64,000 nucleotides of DNA. It comes from Malacoraja senta. Lineage: Eukaryota. The stretch covers positions 11,410,001 to 11,474,000 of the forward strand of contig CM075988.1 of assembly GCA_038087875.1 (NCBI GenBank), read 5' to 3'. The stretch's first letter is position 1, and the number at the start of each line of letters is the position of its first letter. The notes beneath the pieces are model-generated. The model was not told where the DNA came from and made no database searches. It saw only the letters and a list, made by a program, of their open reading frames with translations. This document shows, piece by piece, positions 37,171-50,150 of the stretch. The translations under genes were made by a program, and so were the position numbers.

Positions 37171-39947
37171 TCAAGTATACAGTATCTGATGATGTGAACA
37201 AAGGCTAATCTCAAAGAAGGAAGTGTGTAAAGTTCATATAAAAATGCATGATTTTTTTCTGTGATGTATGCATGAATAAATCTCTCATCTTCCTCCATTA
37301 ATTCTGTTCTCTATCATTTCTCCAATTAGTTTTCTGCTTCTAACCCTCTCCTCTTTTAACTCCATCTCCTCCCACTGTTCTATATCTCTGCTCACCAAAC
37401 CTCTTGTCACTTCATCACAACTTGATTGCTACCCCTCCCTTTTTTCACTGCTGTTTGGAAATCCAATGTTCATTTGAACATTTGAAATACTGATACAGAA
37501 CTTTATGGTAATTCATCAGGTTGTCACACTCTTCAAGTCAGTCACTGCACTGAGCTGGGGGTGGGTGGGAAACATTAAATTCAAGTTTCTATTCCCAGTG
37601 GCTTCTCTCACTTGTTTTTTTTTTTAGCACGTTCTTTTCAAAAGCCAGACATTTTTCATTTTAATGATCTTTGGGTTTCTGAAGATCTATGAAACAGTAC
37701 TGATTTTCTTTCCATACTTTATCCTTCTCAATCCCTTGATGCATCTTTTCAAGTATCTTAAGATGAATGCAACATCCTTCTTAAATCTTTGAACACAATT
37801 TGAAAAATGCTTGCAAACGTTTCAGCAACATTTGCACATCATTCCTGTCATTGGTACACATTTGAAATATCCTTCCTATTTTTCACTATATTTACAACCT
37901 TAAAATATTTTGAATTTTACACAAAGACAGAAGGAGGCTTTTGAAATGTTACACTAGGGGATATACTATCATAACATCCTTGCAAACCCTTTGTGTAATA
38001 TTTTGCCCGAGAGTTCTAAAGCATTGGAAATACTTGGCCCAACTCATCCACTGGGCCATACCCCTCTAAACCTCTCTTATCCATGTACCTGTCCGGGCCA
38101 CATTTGCCACGTCCACTGCAAGTTGCTGGAAATTTGGATTCCAAAAATCTTGACCAAAACCGCAGGCTTTCAGACCCATTGATGGCCCCAACAGCCTGCC
38201 TCTTTAATGAATGAGATTTCAAGATTTAGAAAGGAATATTAGAATGACGGAGGCAAATACATTTGAAACCAAAACAGATACAAAAATTGAAATGAAAGAT
38301 GGGAAAGCAGGATAGACTAAGAGACAGAATGAAGAAGAAAATGAAATATAAAGATTTTTTTAATGAAAAAAACATTTCCACAATAGTTCATGTTTATCAT
38401 GTGGTGGAGTAATATTGCTACTGTATTTCTAAAATGTAGTTCCATCAATATTACTGTATCATACTTTTATTACAAATAACTTACATTTTAATTCTCACAG
38501 AATAATATACTGCGTGCAGGAGTGTTTCTTCACAGTTTAATGAAGTCCCACTCTTTGATGACAAAGTCGACTGGCGTTGCATGAACATTTATTTTTCTGT
38601 TATGAAGATAATTATTCTATTAATTAGAGTGCAAACTGTTTGAAGTAGGCTAATGGGCAATTGAGGTACAAATGCAGCAATTTCTCATGTCCCATGCAGA
38701 CTGAGAGGAGCTGCAGTCTTCACAAGGCCAGCAGCTGAGTGGCACAAGTTAGCCAATATCTTGTGGCAATTCACAGTTCTTGCATTATCTCGTCATCATT
38801 GAAAATTGACAGCTGATTTGTACATTGAATATGGTGGGCAGTCTTTCAAATCATTACTTCAGCAGCAAATCCCTTGTCATTAAATATACTGATACATCAG
38901 GGGATCTCTTTACCTCAGCCGACAAATCCTAAACTCCACACATTTCAACTTGCTGCCTTTGACCAATCAAGTATAACGTAAATTTAAGACAGACTTGATT
39001 TTGGAAACATAATTGCTCTCAGGGAAATCTTTTTCTCTGAGCGTAGGAATGCAATATTTTAAAAATTAATCAGAATATAACTGAAAATGAATTTACTGCC
39101 TTTGCTTCCTTTAGTAGTTTCGAAAACGTTTATAAATTGACGTTCCTAATTTAGAAAAATAAATCTTGAAACTGAAGAGCATAATGAAGGCTGTTTAGAA
39201 ATGCCCAGACCTACAGAATGTATTTCCAGTAGCATGTTGAGCTACTTGCTCTGATAAATGAAGAAGCTGTTTCTCCTGGAAATTTAATAAGCTCAATTCA
39301 GCTGGCTTTCGACATGCATTTGAAAATGAAGTGCAAATCAGGGACTTATATTGACAGCAGGCAGAATGGTAGGACTGAACTGGCAGCCAGGAATGAAGTG
39401 CATCGCTGTAGGCTCATTAGTTTAATTGCAATAAGAAATGGGTTGGTTTCTTGCAGCAGTGCTTTTTAAAAATTCATATTAAGATGCAAAAACCCTATGG
39501 AGCACTGAGCATATATGGCATGATTCTTCGCCCTTCTTTACATGCATCTACAGGAATCAGGAATTCTGTCATTAAGGTCACCGGACTTGAATCTGAAAAA
39601 AACCCACTATGAATTTCAGGACCTAATAGAATTGTCCTTGTTTCAGTTTGAAAATATCACATAGAACAGGACAGCACAGGAACAGGATCAATGTTTGTGC
39701 TGAACATGATATCAGGTTAAACTAATCTCTGGTGTCTGCACGTGATCCATACCCCTCCATTCCCTGCATATCCATGTGCCTGTTGAACAGCCTCTTAAAT
39801 GCCACTGTTGTATATGCCCCCCACCCACTACCATTACAGGTTATGTGTTTTTAGCAACTTGGATTCATGAACTCTGCTCCAAGATAAGTTCCTACCCCAA
39901 TTCTCCTGAAATGACCAAATGTTTTTGTGTCTGATGTCCAAGTGTTT

Positions 39948-40170
39948 TTAGACTTTAGAGACACAGAGTCTCGCGCCGACCAGCGATCATCCCATACACT
40001 AGCACTATCCAACACGCAAGGGACAATTTACACTTCTTTTTACCAAAGCCAATTAACCTACAAACCTTTATGTCACCTGAGTGTGGGAGGAAACTGGAAC
40101 ACCCAGAGAAAACCCACATGGTCACAGAGAAAACATAAAAACTCCATACAGACAGGACCTGTAGTCAGGA
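39948..40170 (-). mobile_element. HE1/V-SINE-like copy, truncated
   Basis: tttagactttagag tail and reversed V-domain. Confidence 0.75.
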
Positions 40171-41374
40171 GTTTTTAAAGACGCAAAGCTCTGGAGTAAA
40201 TCAGGGTCAGGTAGCATCTCTGGAGAACATTGATAGGTGACATTTCAGGTCAGTACCTTTTTTTAGACTGACCCACTGAGATACTTAAGAACTCTGTGTC
40301 CCTTTGTTACAAATCAACATCTGTAATTCCTTGTGTCCACGTTCAGATTTTTTATTTTGATTCACAAAATAAGGTGAACAGTGAACAACCTGGCCCCTTG
40401 CTCTTGTGAGGATACAGTTCCACAAAGGGCAGTGAGCCGATATTATTTCCCCTTATGGGCCATTCTGCACATATGGGCCTGAGAAAAGAGTCCTTGTAGT
40501 GTACCCAAGCATCACATATCAGCAGCAAGCGTAGGATCTGCAGCAGAAGTCACTGTGGTCTTCAACAAATCTTTCTTTATTCACAAAGGACATGAAATTA
40601 GCTGGCATTCATAGCTTAAACAGCATGTCTGAAGCATGTTGTCTGGTATTACCATACTGTTGTTTGTGGCAGCTTTCTGGGAGTCATTTGCCTGTCAATT
40701 TTCCTACATAACAAAACATTTAAAATATGAATGATTTACCTTATGATGATCAGAGATTGCGAAAGGTGCCACATTAATGGAGATTTCATTTTTATTTTCC
40801 CTTTACGCCTGATTCTTCAGTTCTTTTAAAGTTCAGGATACCTTCTCCTGCTGGCATTAACGGCCTGCAGTATTAGAACAACCATGATTTTAGCGGAAAC
40901 ATGGGAAAATTCAGCTGGGTTTCATCACTGGAAGTCATATGCTGATTGTACACATTAAAAAAAAAAGTGTAAGTGAGAAAGTTCCATTCTGTGCCATGTT
41001 TAATGTGGTATGACCAATGGGAAGTTATTTGCTGAGAGTATTGCAGCTGAAAAAGGAGGGAAAAAAGTGTATAATTATTTTGATGAATGTATTAATGGAC
41101 TCCCTCATTAGCTGATTCATATATTCGGGGAATGGACAATCAGAACAAAGGTGTATTTTTCAAACCCAACATCTGTCATAGTAATGTCATTATTATCAGA
41201 ACAGGTGTGAAGGCAATAGCTGAAAGAAAGGGGGAACAACTGTATACGACTTGGCTGGTCAGGAAGTATGTTTCAAATTGATCTTTGGGAATGAATCCAG
41301 CTGGCAGATGCAATTTGTTTTAATTACCCACTCTTTCGGTAAACATTTTATGTGCAGTTACTTACATAGTGGAA

Positions 41375-41672
41375 ACAAAGAACTGTAGACTGTAGTATAC
41401 AAAAAAAGACACAAACTGCTGAAATAGCTCAGCGGGCCAGGCAGCCTCTCTGGATGGATTGGTGACATTTCAGGTTGGGACCCTTTCTCGGAGGGGATGT
41501 TAGAGATTATCTAAAAATGGAACCTCCTCTCTTCCAGCTTTCTTCCCCCCTCTAACCCCCGCCCACCCCACCCTCACCACCACAATCTGTCTGAAGAAGG
41601 GTCCTGACCCTAAACGTCGCCTACCCACATTTGCCAGAGATGCTGCCTGACCTGCTGAGTTCCTCCAGCACA
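41375..41672. mobile_element. Inverted Penelope pLTR pair, degenerate
   Basis: ctcagcgggccaggcagc ... gtctgaagaagggtcctgaccctaaacgtc...gatgctgcctgacctgctgag. Confidence 0.7.
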
Positions 41673-42785
41673 TAAATTGTAGCATTGCAACTTGCACCTC
41701 GTACTGCATGCTCTGAATTGCCCAGTATCTGGAAAAATATATATGATAGCATGAATAAAGATTGGGAAGGACATTTTGTAAATATGAAAATAACAATATA
41801 ATTCAGGTCTTCTTGTTGTACCAAGATCACCTCTGAATTTGGTTGAATTTCAGTGTTTGTAGGACCCCCCCCGTACAGAAATAAACAGGACTCCTAAACA
41901 CATCAGAGATGATCCCGAATTCTTGTAAAATTTCATATTTTCAATCTTTCACAAATCGGACTTTGGGAGAAATATCAGACCCTGAGCAGCACTTTACTTT
42001 TTAGGATATAACTTTTGTTTTAGGATTTAATCTTCCTGTAAGTCTGATAGATATCTGGTTATCAACTCTGTTGGATCAATTCAGGAACCTGAGTCAAGGG
42101 TAGTTTTCGCACTGGTGTTTTATAAATTAATTTGGAGTTGTACTCTTCACTTCTTCTCTCTGCCTCTTCTTCTTTTCGGGTCCATCTTGTTACAAATGTT
42201 GACCTCGCTGTCATCGTCCGTCCTGAAAAGGACGCAAGCTTCCGGCGACAATCAGTGGAAGCCATCACTTGTCGCAATAGATGAAGGTGGTAGCAGAATT
42301 AGTTCAGGAAATTTCCAGTTTCCAGCCCCGCGACGTGGATGCTTCTGCTATAGGGGCCTTCTCTCTGCTCAGAATCAATGACCTTTTCAGACACTTCTTT
42401 GCAGCAGAGTGGCATTACTATAAGGCCTTTACTTCCATGGCACAAAGGGGACATCTCTAGTTGTGTATTATTCTCTGGTTATCCTGGTATCCAAGTGTGT
42501 GTCTATAAGTGAGCAGGTTACATTTTACGGACAGAAAAAATATATATCTTTGTTGAAATAGGAAAGAAAAATCTGAAAGGAAAATCTTTAAAAAGCTCCC
42601 TTTAACCCTCATTTCAGATGTATTGTTTAATTTTCTTCGACAGTCTGTCTACTGGCTGTTGTTGCAGCTCAGGGCTCTCCCACAGCAGCTGTGCATCGCA
42701 GCATGTAGAACAAAGATCTGCCTGTAACCCTGGCGTTACTAATGTTGAAGTGGAATAAAATACAGTTGCATTTTGATTTTACATT

Positions 42786-43730
42786 TCTTTTTTTTTCTTT
42801 TTTTCTTTTTTTTTTATTAGAAGTATTTTACATTACAGTTATCTGCAATAACATAACATAATTTTATACAATTCTTGTACCACTTCTGTTTTTCAACTTT
42901 AATAGAAAAAAGGATAGAAAGAGCTAGCAATGATAGTCAGTGAGTGAATGAAAGTGGTGCAGAACTACTCTTGTGAACCTAAACCACAAGAAGTAGTTAA
43001 AGAAGAAAAGAAAAAAAGAGAAAAAAGAAAATAAGATAGGACAATATGAAAGGGATGTGTCTACTTCTTATCTTTACTCACCCCTCGCCAGGTCCTAAAA
43101 CCATTTATTATCAACATTTTGTTGCACCCTATGTTTGTAATAAGTCGATATATGGCGACCAAATCTTTTGGAATTGGTCTTGTTTACCTGCTAGGAGGAA
43201 TCTCATATCTTCTAAATGTAACAATTCCGACATATTAGAAGTCCACATTTTTATTGTTGGCGTAGGGGCATTTTTCCAAAATTTCAATATCAGTTTTTTT
43301 GCCGTTAATAAACCATAACTAAGAAAACTCTTTTGAAACGCAGTCAGCTCCAAACTTGCTTCTGTTGTTCCAAAAATAATCAGTTCTGCATTCGGTTTCA
43401 ATTTTATTTTAAATAATTTAGAGAAAATTTCAAAAATTTCATTCCAAAAATTTTGAATTTTTATACAAAAGACAAAAGAATGTGCTATAGTTGATTCTTG
43501 GACTAGGCATTTATCACAATTAGCTGAGGTATTAGGGTAAAATTTACTTAATTTAGCTTTTGAATAATATAATCTATGTAAAATTTTTAATTGAATCAGA
43601 GTATGTCTTACGTTAATCGAACATTTATGCACATATAATAGATGTCTATCCCAACTCTCTTTCGAGATTTTTATAGCTAGTTCCTGTTCCCATTCTCTTC
43701 TAATCCCGTCCGTGATTTTACTTCTTAATT
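42786..43730 (-). mobile_element. L1-clade LINE, 5'-truncated
   Basis: ORF 43129-43773 (WEQEL...QLKILHRLYYS...CDKC...HSFVFC...FWNEI) is the L1 ORF2 C-terminal Cys/His domain. Poly(A) tail appears as the T-run at ~42786-42815. Confidence 0.9.
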
Positions 43731-43856
43731 TCAATTCAGACTGCAATGAAGAAACTTGGCATGGTAGACCCAAGAGACTTATTTAAGGAAATTAGAGATC
43801 TCGGTCTATTGAATGATCCTGGGGTGATCATCCTAATTGAGAAATCGGTGCTGTCA

Positions 43857-43905
43857 AATGAATGAATGAATGAATGAATGAATGAATGAATGAATGAATG
43901 AATGA
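43857..43905 (+). repeat. (GAAT)n microsatellite, tail of the adjacent minus-strand retroposon
   Basis: About 12 units, followed by attgtcacatgtgacaagtcatagtgaaattc (Rex1-like tail reversed). Confidence 0.9.
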
Positions 43906-46489
43906 ACAAATGAATACTATATTGTCACATGTGACAAGTCATAGTGAAATTCTTTGCTTGCATGCCCAAGGTATGCAAATGTAAGGGTCTTGACCCAAAA
44001 CATTACCTATTCCTTTCCTCCAGAGATGCTGTCTGACCCGCTGAGTTATTCTTTTTTGTGTCTATCTTATGCAAATAGTCGCCACATAAAGGACGCTGAC
44101 AAAGTTACAAAATACCCCCGCCCACTCCTCCTTTGTTCTCTCCACACCCCCCCTCACAGCGATCCCCCCTGCACCCGGTCTTCTCGCGTCATGTCCTCCA
44201 GCACCCATGTGGCCCGTCCTCAACCGCCTGCGCCTCATTGACCACTGCACCGCCGGCCATGGGTCAGCCCACGAAGCTCCACCGACCGGCGAGGCTCCAC
44301 TGCCCGGCTTCTCTGCGGCCTCCTGGGAGGCGTCATGGGCAAATCAACGGGCATTCAAATAGGAGGGTGAAGGCTGGTGATCCTTTTCATTTGAATATTT
44401 CATCTTCTGCCTAGCCCTGAAATATTAAGGATCAAAGAGTTGTCTGACTATTCTCATTATTTTTCCTTAAATTTAGACGAAAAATTAGATTAAAAAAATA
44501 TATATATTTTACAAATTCAATTTAATTTCACGGCAGACATGAAATTGAAAATTATTCAATTTAAAGAGTAGGGAATAGAAAGATCCCATGCTTTTAACTG
44601 GTGGGAAACATTTTTTAAATTGTTTGAATTATGATCTCAATCTTTGCAAGAACAGGAGACACACACACACACACACACACACAAGGATATTTGGGAAAAC
44701 AGTATCCTGATATTTATGTGAGCACTGTCTCAAATCTTCAATACCTTCGTTGCAAAGTTGCACTGAAGGAATGCTGAGGCTCAAACCATTGAAGTAATTT
44801 CTTTTGCTTGTATTGATCAAAAATAGACTTCACTGTTTCAGTTTCAGTTCTTGAACAGAACTGTTTGCATTCTTTGTTGAATTTCAGATCTCTGGCCTTT
44901 AATTGTTTTCCAATTGTGTTTGTTTATTTATATATGGGACTTACTGGTTAAGCTACCAAAGAGAGTCATCATTGGTATGCCTAACCATTGCTACACTTGT
45001 AACAAAAGACAGCCAAACTGCATTAGTAGGTCGAGAGTTCAGAGGCCTTTGATCCAGCAGTGGTGAATGAATGATGATATATATCCAAATAAGGTAGTGT
45101 GGGGAAGAACAAAGAGGACTTAAGAAGGGTCTGCCCTGAAGCATCACCTGTGTATTTCCCTCCATGGATGCTGCCTGACCCGCTGAGTTCCTCCAATGGT
45201 TTATTTTTTGCTCAAGATTCCATCATCTGCAGTCTCTGGTGTCAACAAAGAAAAGGTGGAGTTTCATGTGCATGCTGCCCTTCTCTTCCTAAGTAAATAG
45301 AAGTCATACATTTGAGTGGTGTGGTTCAGGAAGTCCTACAATATTCTTTCCTATAAGTCTTCATTTCACCATTACTCCTCATTGTTCATAAGAATCCCCC
45401 TTAACCTTTTTTAAATTCGAAATATCCTACCCAACAGCCTGTTTCTTCTCTATTTCACCTTGTCTTTCAGGACAAAAGAAGAAAAAAAATTATTATCCTT
45501 CATTCATTCATAAAAATGTTTATAAATCCCACTAGCCAGTAACACTTGATTTGATATTATACTCCTCTTGCACCCTCCTATACTGATTGCGTGTTCACTT
45601 TCCCTTTAGAAGTTTAAATGTTTTTTTAGAAAGACTCGTGAATATGCTGGGAAATGTTTATAAAGTAGACATCATGTGTAGCATGGATGTTGTGGGCTGA
45701 ATGCCATGTTCCCGTACTGCACTGTGCTATGTTTTATACGTGCCTCCAAACACTATAAACTGACAATCAATACAATACCGTTCAAATAAATGTTGGCTTT
45801 TAACATGTCCAGAACCCAAAATTATTGTTTTTATGAAGTACCTGATCACATTTATGTCTTTATGGTTAATTAGAAAAATGTCATTTCAGCATTTATATAT
45901 CCCATTGAATATATGTATTACTTGACTTAAGATTATTGACGGAACTGCATGCCACCATTGAAGAATTCTTTGATTTTTTTTTTGTACTGTTGAGCGCGCT
46001 GAAATAAATTTGTAATATAATTCCCAAAATAGATTTTCTTTCACAACAGAAACTGTGCTGTGTCACCATTGGCTTTATCTCCCCCCACAGATGGCCAGTT
46101 TATTGCGTTCAGAGTACTCTAGCCCTCTGACGTCTTCTTGGAAATTGCCAACGATATTCCTTCAATGGCCCTAACAAAGGACAAGCCAGAATGGGGAATT
46201 AGTCCCTGAGTTATGAAAGTAGCAATCTTACCAAAGCATCAGTCCATGAAACTAAATGCAGATATCAGTGTAGTTTGTGTTTCATTCTTGAAAAAAATAG
46301 ACAAAGATTCTGCCGAAGACTCAAGATCCTGAAATGAAAATGGCTTAACTATCATCAACTCTTTTCCTTGACTTTTTTTTACCAACTGGAGTATTTTGCT
46401 TTCTGATTCATAACTGAGTTTATTTATTAATCCAATACTACACTGCATAGGTGGAGGAGGTGTTGCTCCTTGAAAATACCTGGTATTGG

Positions 46490-46920
46490 TTTATTATTGT
46501 CATGTGTATTGAAATATAGTGAAATACAGTATGTTTGTGTGCTATCTAGTCAAATCATACTATACAGGAGTACAGTCAAGCCATGCACAGGTACAACCAA
46601 TTGTGCAATGAGAAAATGATCATAGTGCAGAGCATAGCGTTACAGCGTTATACTATAGAGCAAGTGCAGTTTCTAAAAAAAGTGCAAAGTTGCATTGAAG
46701 TAGGTTGGGAGATCGGGCCTACTCCCTCAGCTAATGAGTGGACCATTCATTAGTCTGATAACAGTGTGAAGATGTTGTTCTTGAACTGGTGGTATTTCCT
46801 TTCAAGCTTTTGTATCTTCTACCCAAAGAGAGAGGAGGTAATAACCGGGGCATGAGTGGTACTTGATTATGTGGACTGCTTTCCTGAGGCAACAAGAAGT
46901 GTTAATGGAGTTGATGGGGA
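46490..46920 (-). mobile_element. Old Rex1/Babar-like 3' remnant
   Basis: tttattattgtcatgtg...agtgaaa tail and aagatgttgttcttgaactggtggt (reversed T.FKN.F motif). Confidence 0.55.
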
Positions 46921-47359
46921 GAGATATTTTTGACAATTTTCAATATAAATTAATTCAATGCGAATTAAGAAAAGTTTACTTGACTTCCATTCAAGTCATT
47001 CCCAATCAGTGTAGAGTGTGCTCTCGGACTTGTTTACTGCTCTGTGCTAATTCTAGAGGAGAAGCCGTGAACTAGGTGTCTAATTTCTCTCAGTGTGTTG
47101 CACTGGAATTGAATTGAAATATTAACTTACAGCATCTAGCAAATTTTATTGGGGATATTGTAGTCCATCGGGTCAAATGCTTGGTGTCATTGCTTTCTAG
47201 ATCATTGGTTGTTATGTTCGAATTTGATCGTAGCAATAATGTAAATGTCAGCTCTCAGACATGGTCTTACAAATGAAATAACTGGACTAACACTCAAAGT
47301 TGATTTTTCCAATGATTGCGTGTGACTATTGAAAATGGAGTATCACCAACAGTAAATGG

Positions 47360-47610
47360 TCACAAGATGCTGGAATAACTCAACGGGACAGGCAGCATCT
47401 CTGGATGGAAGGAAAGGATGACGTTTTGGGTCAAGACCCTTCTACAGACTGAGTCAGGGGAGAGGGAAATGAGCGATATGGAAGGGTAAGGTGTGAAATT
47501 GAGAGATCAAAGCAGATGTAGGTCAAGGAAAATGTAAAATAGATCATGATTAGCTTGGGGAAGGCGACAACAAGGCATACAATGTACAATTGTATCAGGG
47601 GGACAGTCAG
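47360..47610 (-). mobile_element. Penelope pLTR/3' UTR fragment
   Basis: gatgctggaataactcaacgggacaggcagcatctctgg. Confidence 0.7.
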
Positions 47611-47734
47611 AATGGTCAGAATCTTTACTGTGGGTCAGAAATATTCACCAACAGTCATTTTTTTACCACCGCTGTAACACAGTCACTTTCTTCCAAATGG
47701 TGAGTCCAAACTGAGAATATCAAAGTCAGAATAT

Positions 47735-47832
47735 CAGTCTGAAGAAGGGTTTCGGCCCGAAACGTTGCCTATTTCCTTTGCTCCATAGATGCTGCTGCAC
47801 CCGCTGAGTTTCTCCAGTATTTTTGTGTACCT
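47735..47832 (+). mobile_element. Single young Penelope pLTR arm with intact hammerhead motif (47739-47766)
   Basis: Near-identical to 23521-23618, ends at the same gtgtacct boundary, and is flanked by tgagaatatc repeats. Confidence 0.85.
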
Positions 47833-49999
47833 GTGAGAATATCTCTGGTGTGTGAAATCTTCCATGTGGAAAGCGAAGGCATTGATTTTAAGACTTTGCC
47901 AAGTGCATAGCAGGTTAAAAAAATTCCAATTGACTTAAATTCACAGAATTCCACCATATCTCCACCAGTTGTACTGTAGTTGAAATGAAGGAGAATATGA
48001 AGGAAGTCTTCCTATGCTGATCACTGTTAAACGGCAAGGATAAAATAAGGCTAACAGGTTCACAAGTTTTGAGGAGGCATACATCCACAATTCAAACTTT
48101 GTAGAAGAATAATTGGACAAGCTAATTTAGAAGTCTTAAAGATACAAAGGGTAAAAATGCTAGGGTCCTTTAAGTTGTTACCTGTTTCCTGGATGGCTCG
48201 CATAGGAATTGTAGTGTTCTCCTTCAAAAAGAAGGAATGAATATAATTCATTCATTCAAAGGAAACCAAACAACTGAAAAATGCATTGCACCTCAAAGGA
48301 ACAAAAAAATAAAGTCCAAGGATGGAAGACTAGCAACACATTCCGCACAGTTACCACTCGCATATTGTGATTGCAGCTTCAATACCCAGTAAGTTTCATA
48401 TTTTCATAATGTGAATGCATCTTTCTGTCTGCTTTCTGTCCAAATATCTCCGTTGTTTCCGGCACAAAACGCTACAATTGCTTTAAGTAAAATTATAAAT
48501 AGCATCCTCTCTGCCAGTGTCCATGGTACATTGTTCCTCTTCTGCTTCACTGTCGCTTGGGATACAGTTGTTTCTAGGTCCTCCATTGTCTATCTCTGTG
48601 GGATGATCATCATTTCAATCCATCACTACCAGTCTGATGGTTAATCAGTGATAAACTCAGCCGTTCAACACGCAATCAAGAGTCTGCCAAAGATTTATTT
48701 GACTGTCCCACAAATGCTGGGTTTCATCACACATGGACATGCAAAACAAAGCTTTTCACGGTACCTCGGTGCACATGACAATAGTACATTTGTGTCTGGA
48801 ATCTTTGTTTTTTGTATGGAAGCATGAGCTGTGAGGAGAATGCAGAAACGGATTCAAAGAGATACACACAAGCTTAATGAATGGGAAAGGACATGACTGA
48901 TGAAATACATAATATGGAGAAATGTGAGATTGTCTAGTATTGTAGAATGTTTTGAATGCTGAAGGACTGAAAGGTTTTGTTCAGAGGGACCTGGATGTGC
49001 TTATCCACAAATCACCAAGTTAATATGCAGGTGTGGCAAGCAATTAGGAAGAGATAATTAGATAGGCGTAGTGGTCATCATGGACTTGGTGGGCCGAAGG
49101 GCCTGATTCTGTGCTGTACAACACTATGACTGTAATTCACAGTCCATTATGATCTGCCCAAACATTGTGATCATCTTTCAACATCATGAGCTCAAATTCT
49201 CAGACACCTGACAGTTTCATGGGAATACCTTCACTTCTGTGACTGCAGAGGTTCCAGGTGTCATTACATCACAAGCTTCTTGAAGTCAATTAGAGATGGG
49301 CAATATATATTGGCCTTCTTAGCAACAGCAACAGCTTTTTTTTTTGGGGGGGGTAAGGGACGAACCTTCCAATCAATATATTCCCAACCACAGCAACACA
49401 TTTTATGGAAGAACTGAACTTATGCAACCTTTAGGTCCTATAAACCGTTAGTTTTTGCATTTGGTTTGGTGTCCATTTACTTTTAAATCCACCTCTGCAA
49501 AGCAATTTAGGATTTTATTAATATTAAAACCACTGTAAAACCACAAATTATTGAATGGTTTACATAATGTGTTTGAACAAGACTAATATAGTGTATATAA
49601 AACTGAGAACTAATTATGATAAAAGAAATAACATTCTTCAGTAACTGATTTATCTGCAAGAGGATTCTGTTCCCAATTAAATCTACTTTATGCCTGCACT
49701 AAATATTTTACTGCATGTGTGACTTGTTGCTGTACACCGTAGCATATTTAATTGGTGTTCACTGCCTTCATCGTTCAATGGTGCACATAATGTCAAGTAG
49801 GAATGCTTTAAACGCGATGACAACATTTGCATTTTGTTTTGAGTGATGTTACTACTTGGGAACAGAACACTACTGATTTCAGAAAAGCACTGCCCACATT
49901 AACTCATTCCCAGATCATGATAACTATCCACAAAGTACATCTCTTCCACTGATCTAGCCACGTGTCTACCCAACTGAGAACTTTCTGCTACAGCGATCC

Positions 50000-50150
50000 A
50001 ATGATTCTTGATTAGTATAGATGTCAGAGGTTTTGGGGAGAAGGCAGGAGAATGGGGTGAGGAGGGAGAGATAGATCAGCCATGATTGAATGGCGGAGTA
50101 GACTTGATGGGCGGAATGGCCAAATTCTACTCCAATCACTTATGACCTTA
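50000..50150 (+). mobile_element. CR1 3' UTR fragment
   Basis: ggggagaaggcaggagaatgggg...gatcagccatgattgaatggcggag. Confidence 0.8.

Noticed and set aside
43129..43773. Longest ORF (214 aa) as a host gene
   Set aside because: It is the C-terminus of an L1 ORF2, followed by a 3' UTR and poly(A).
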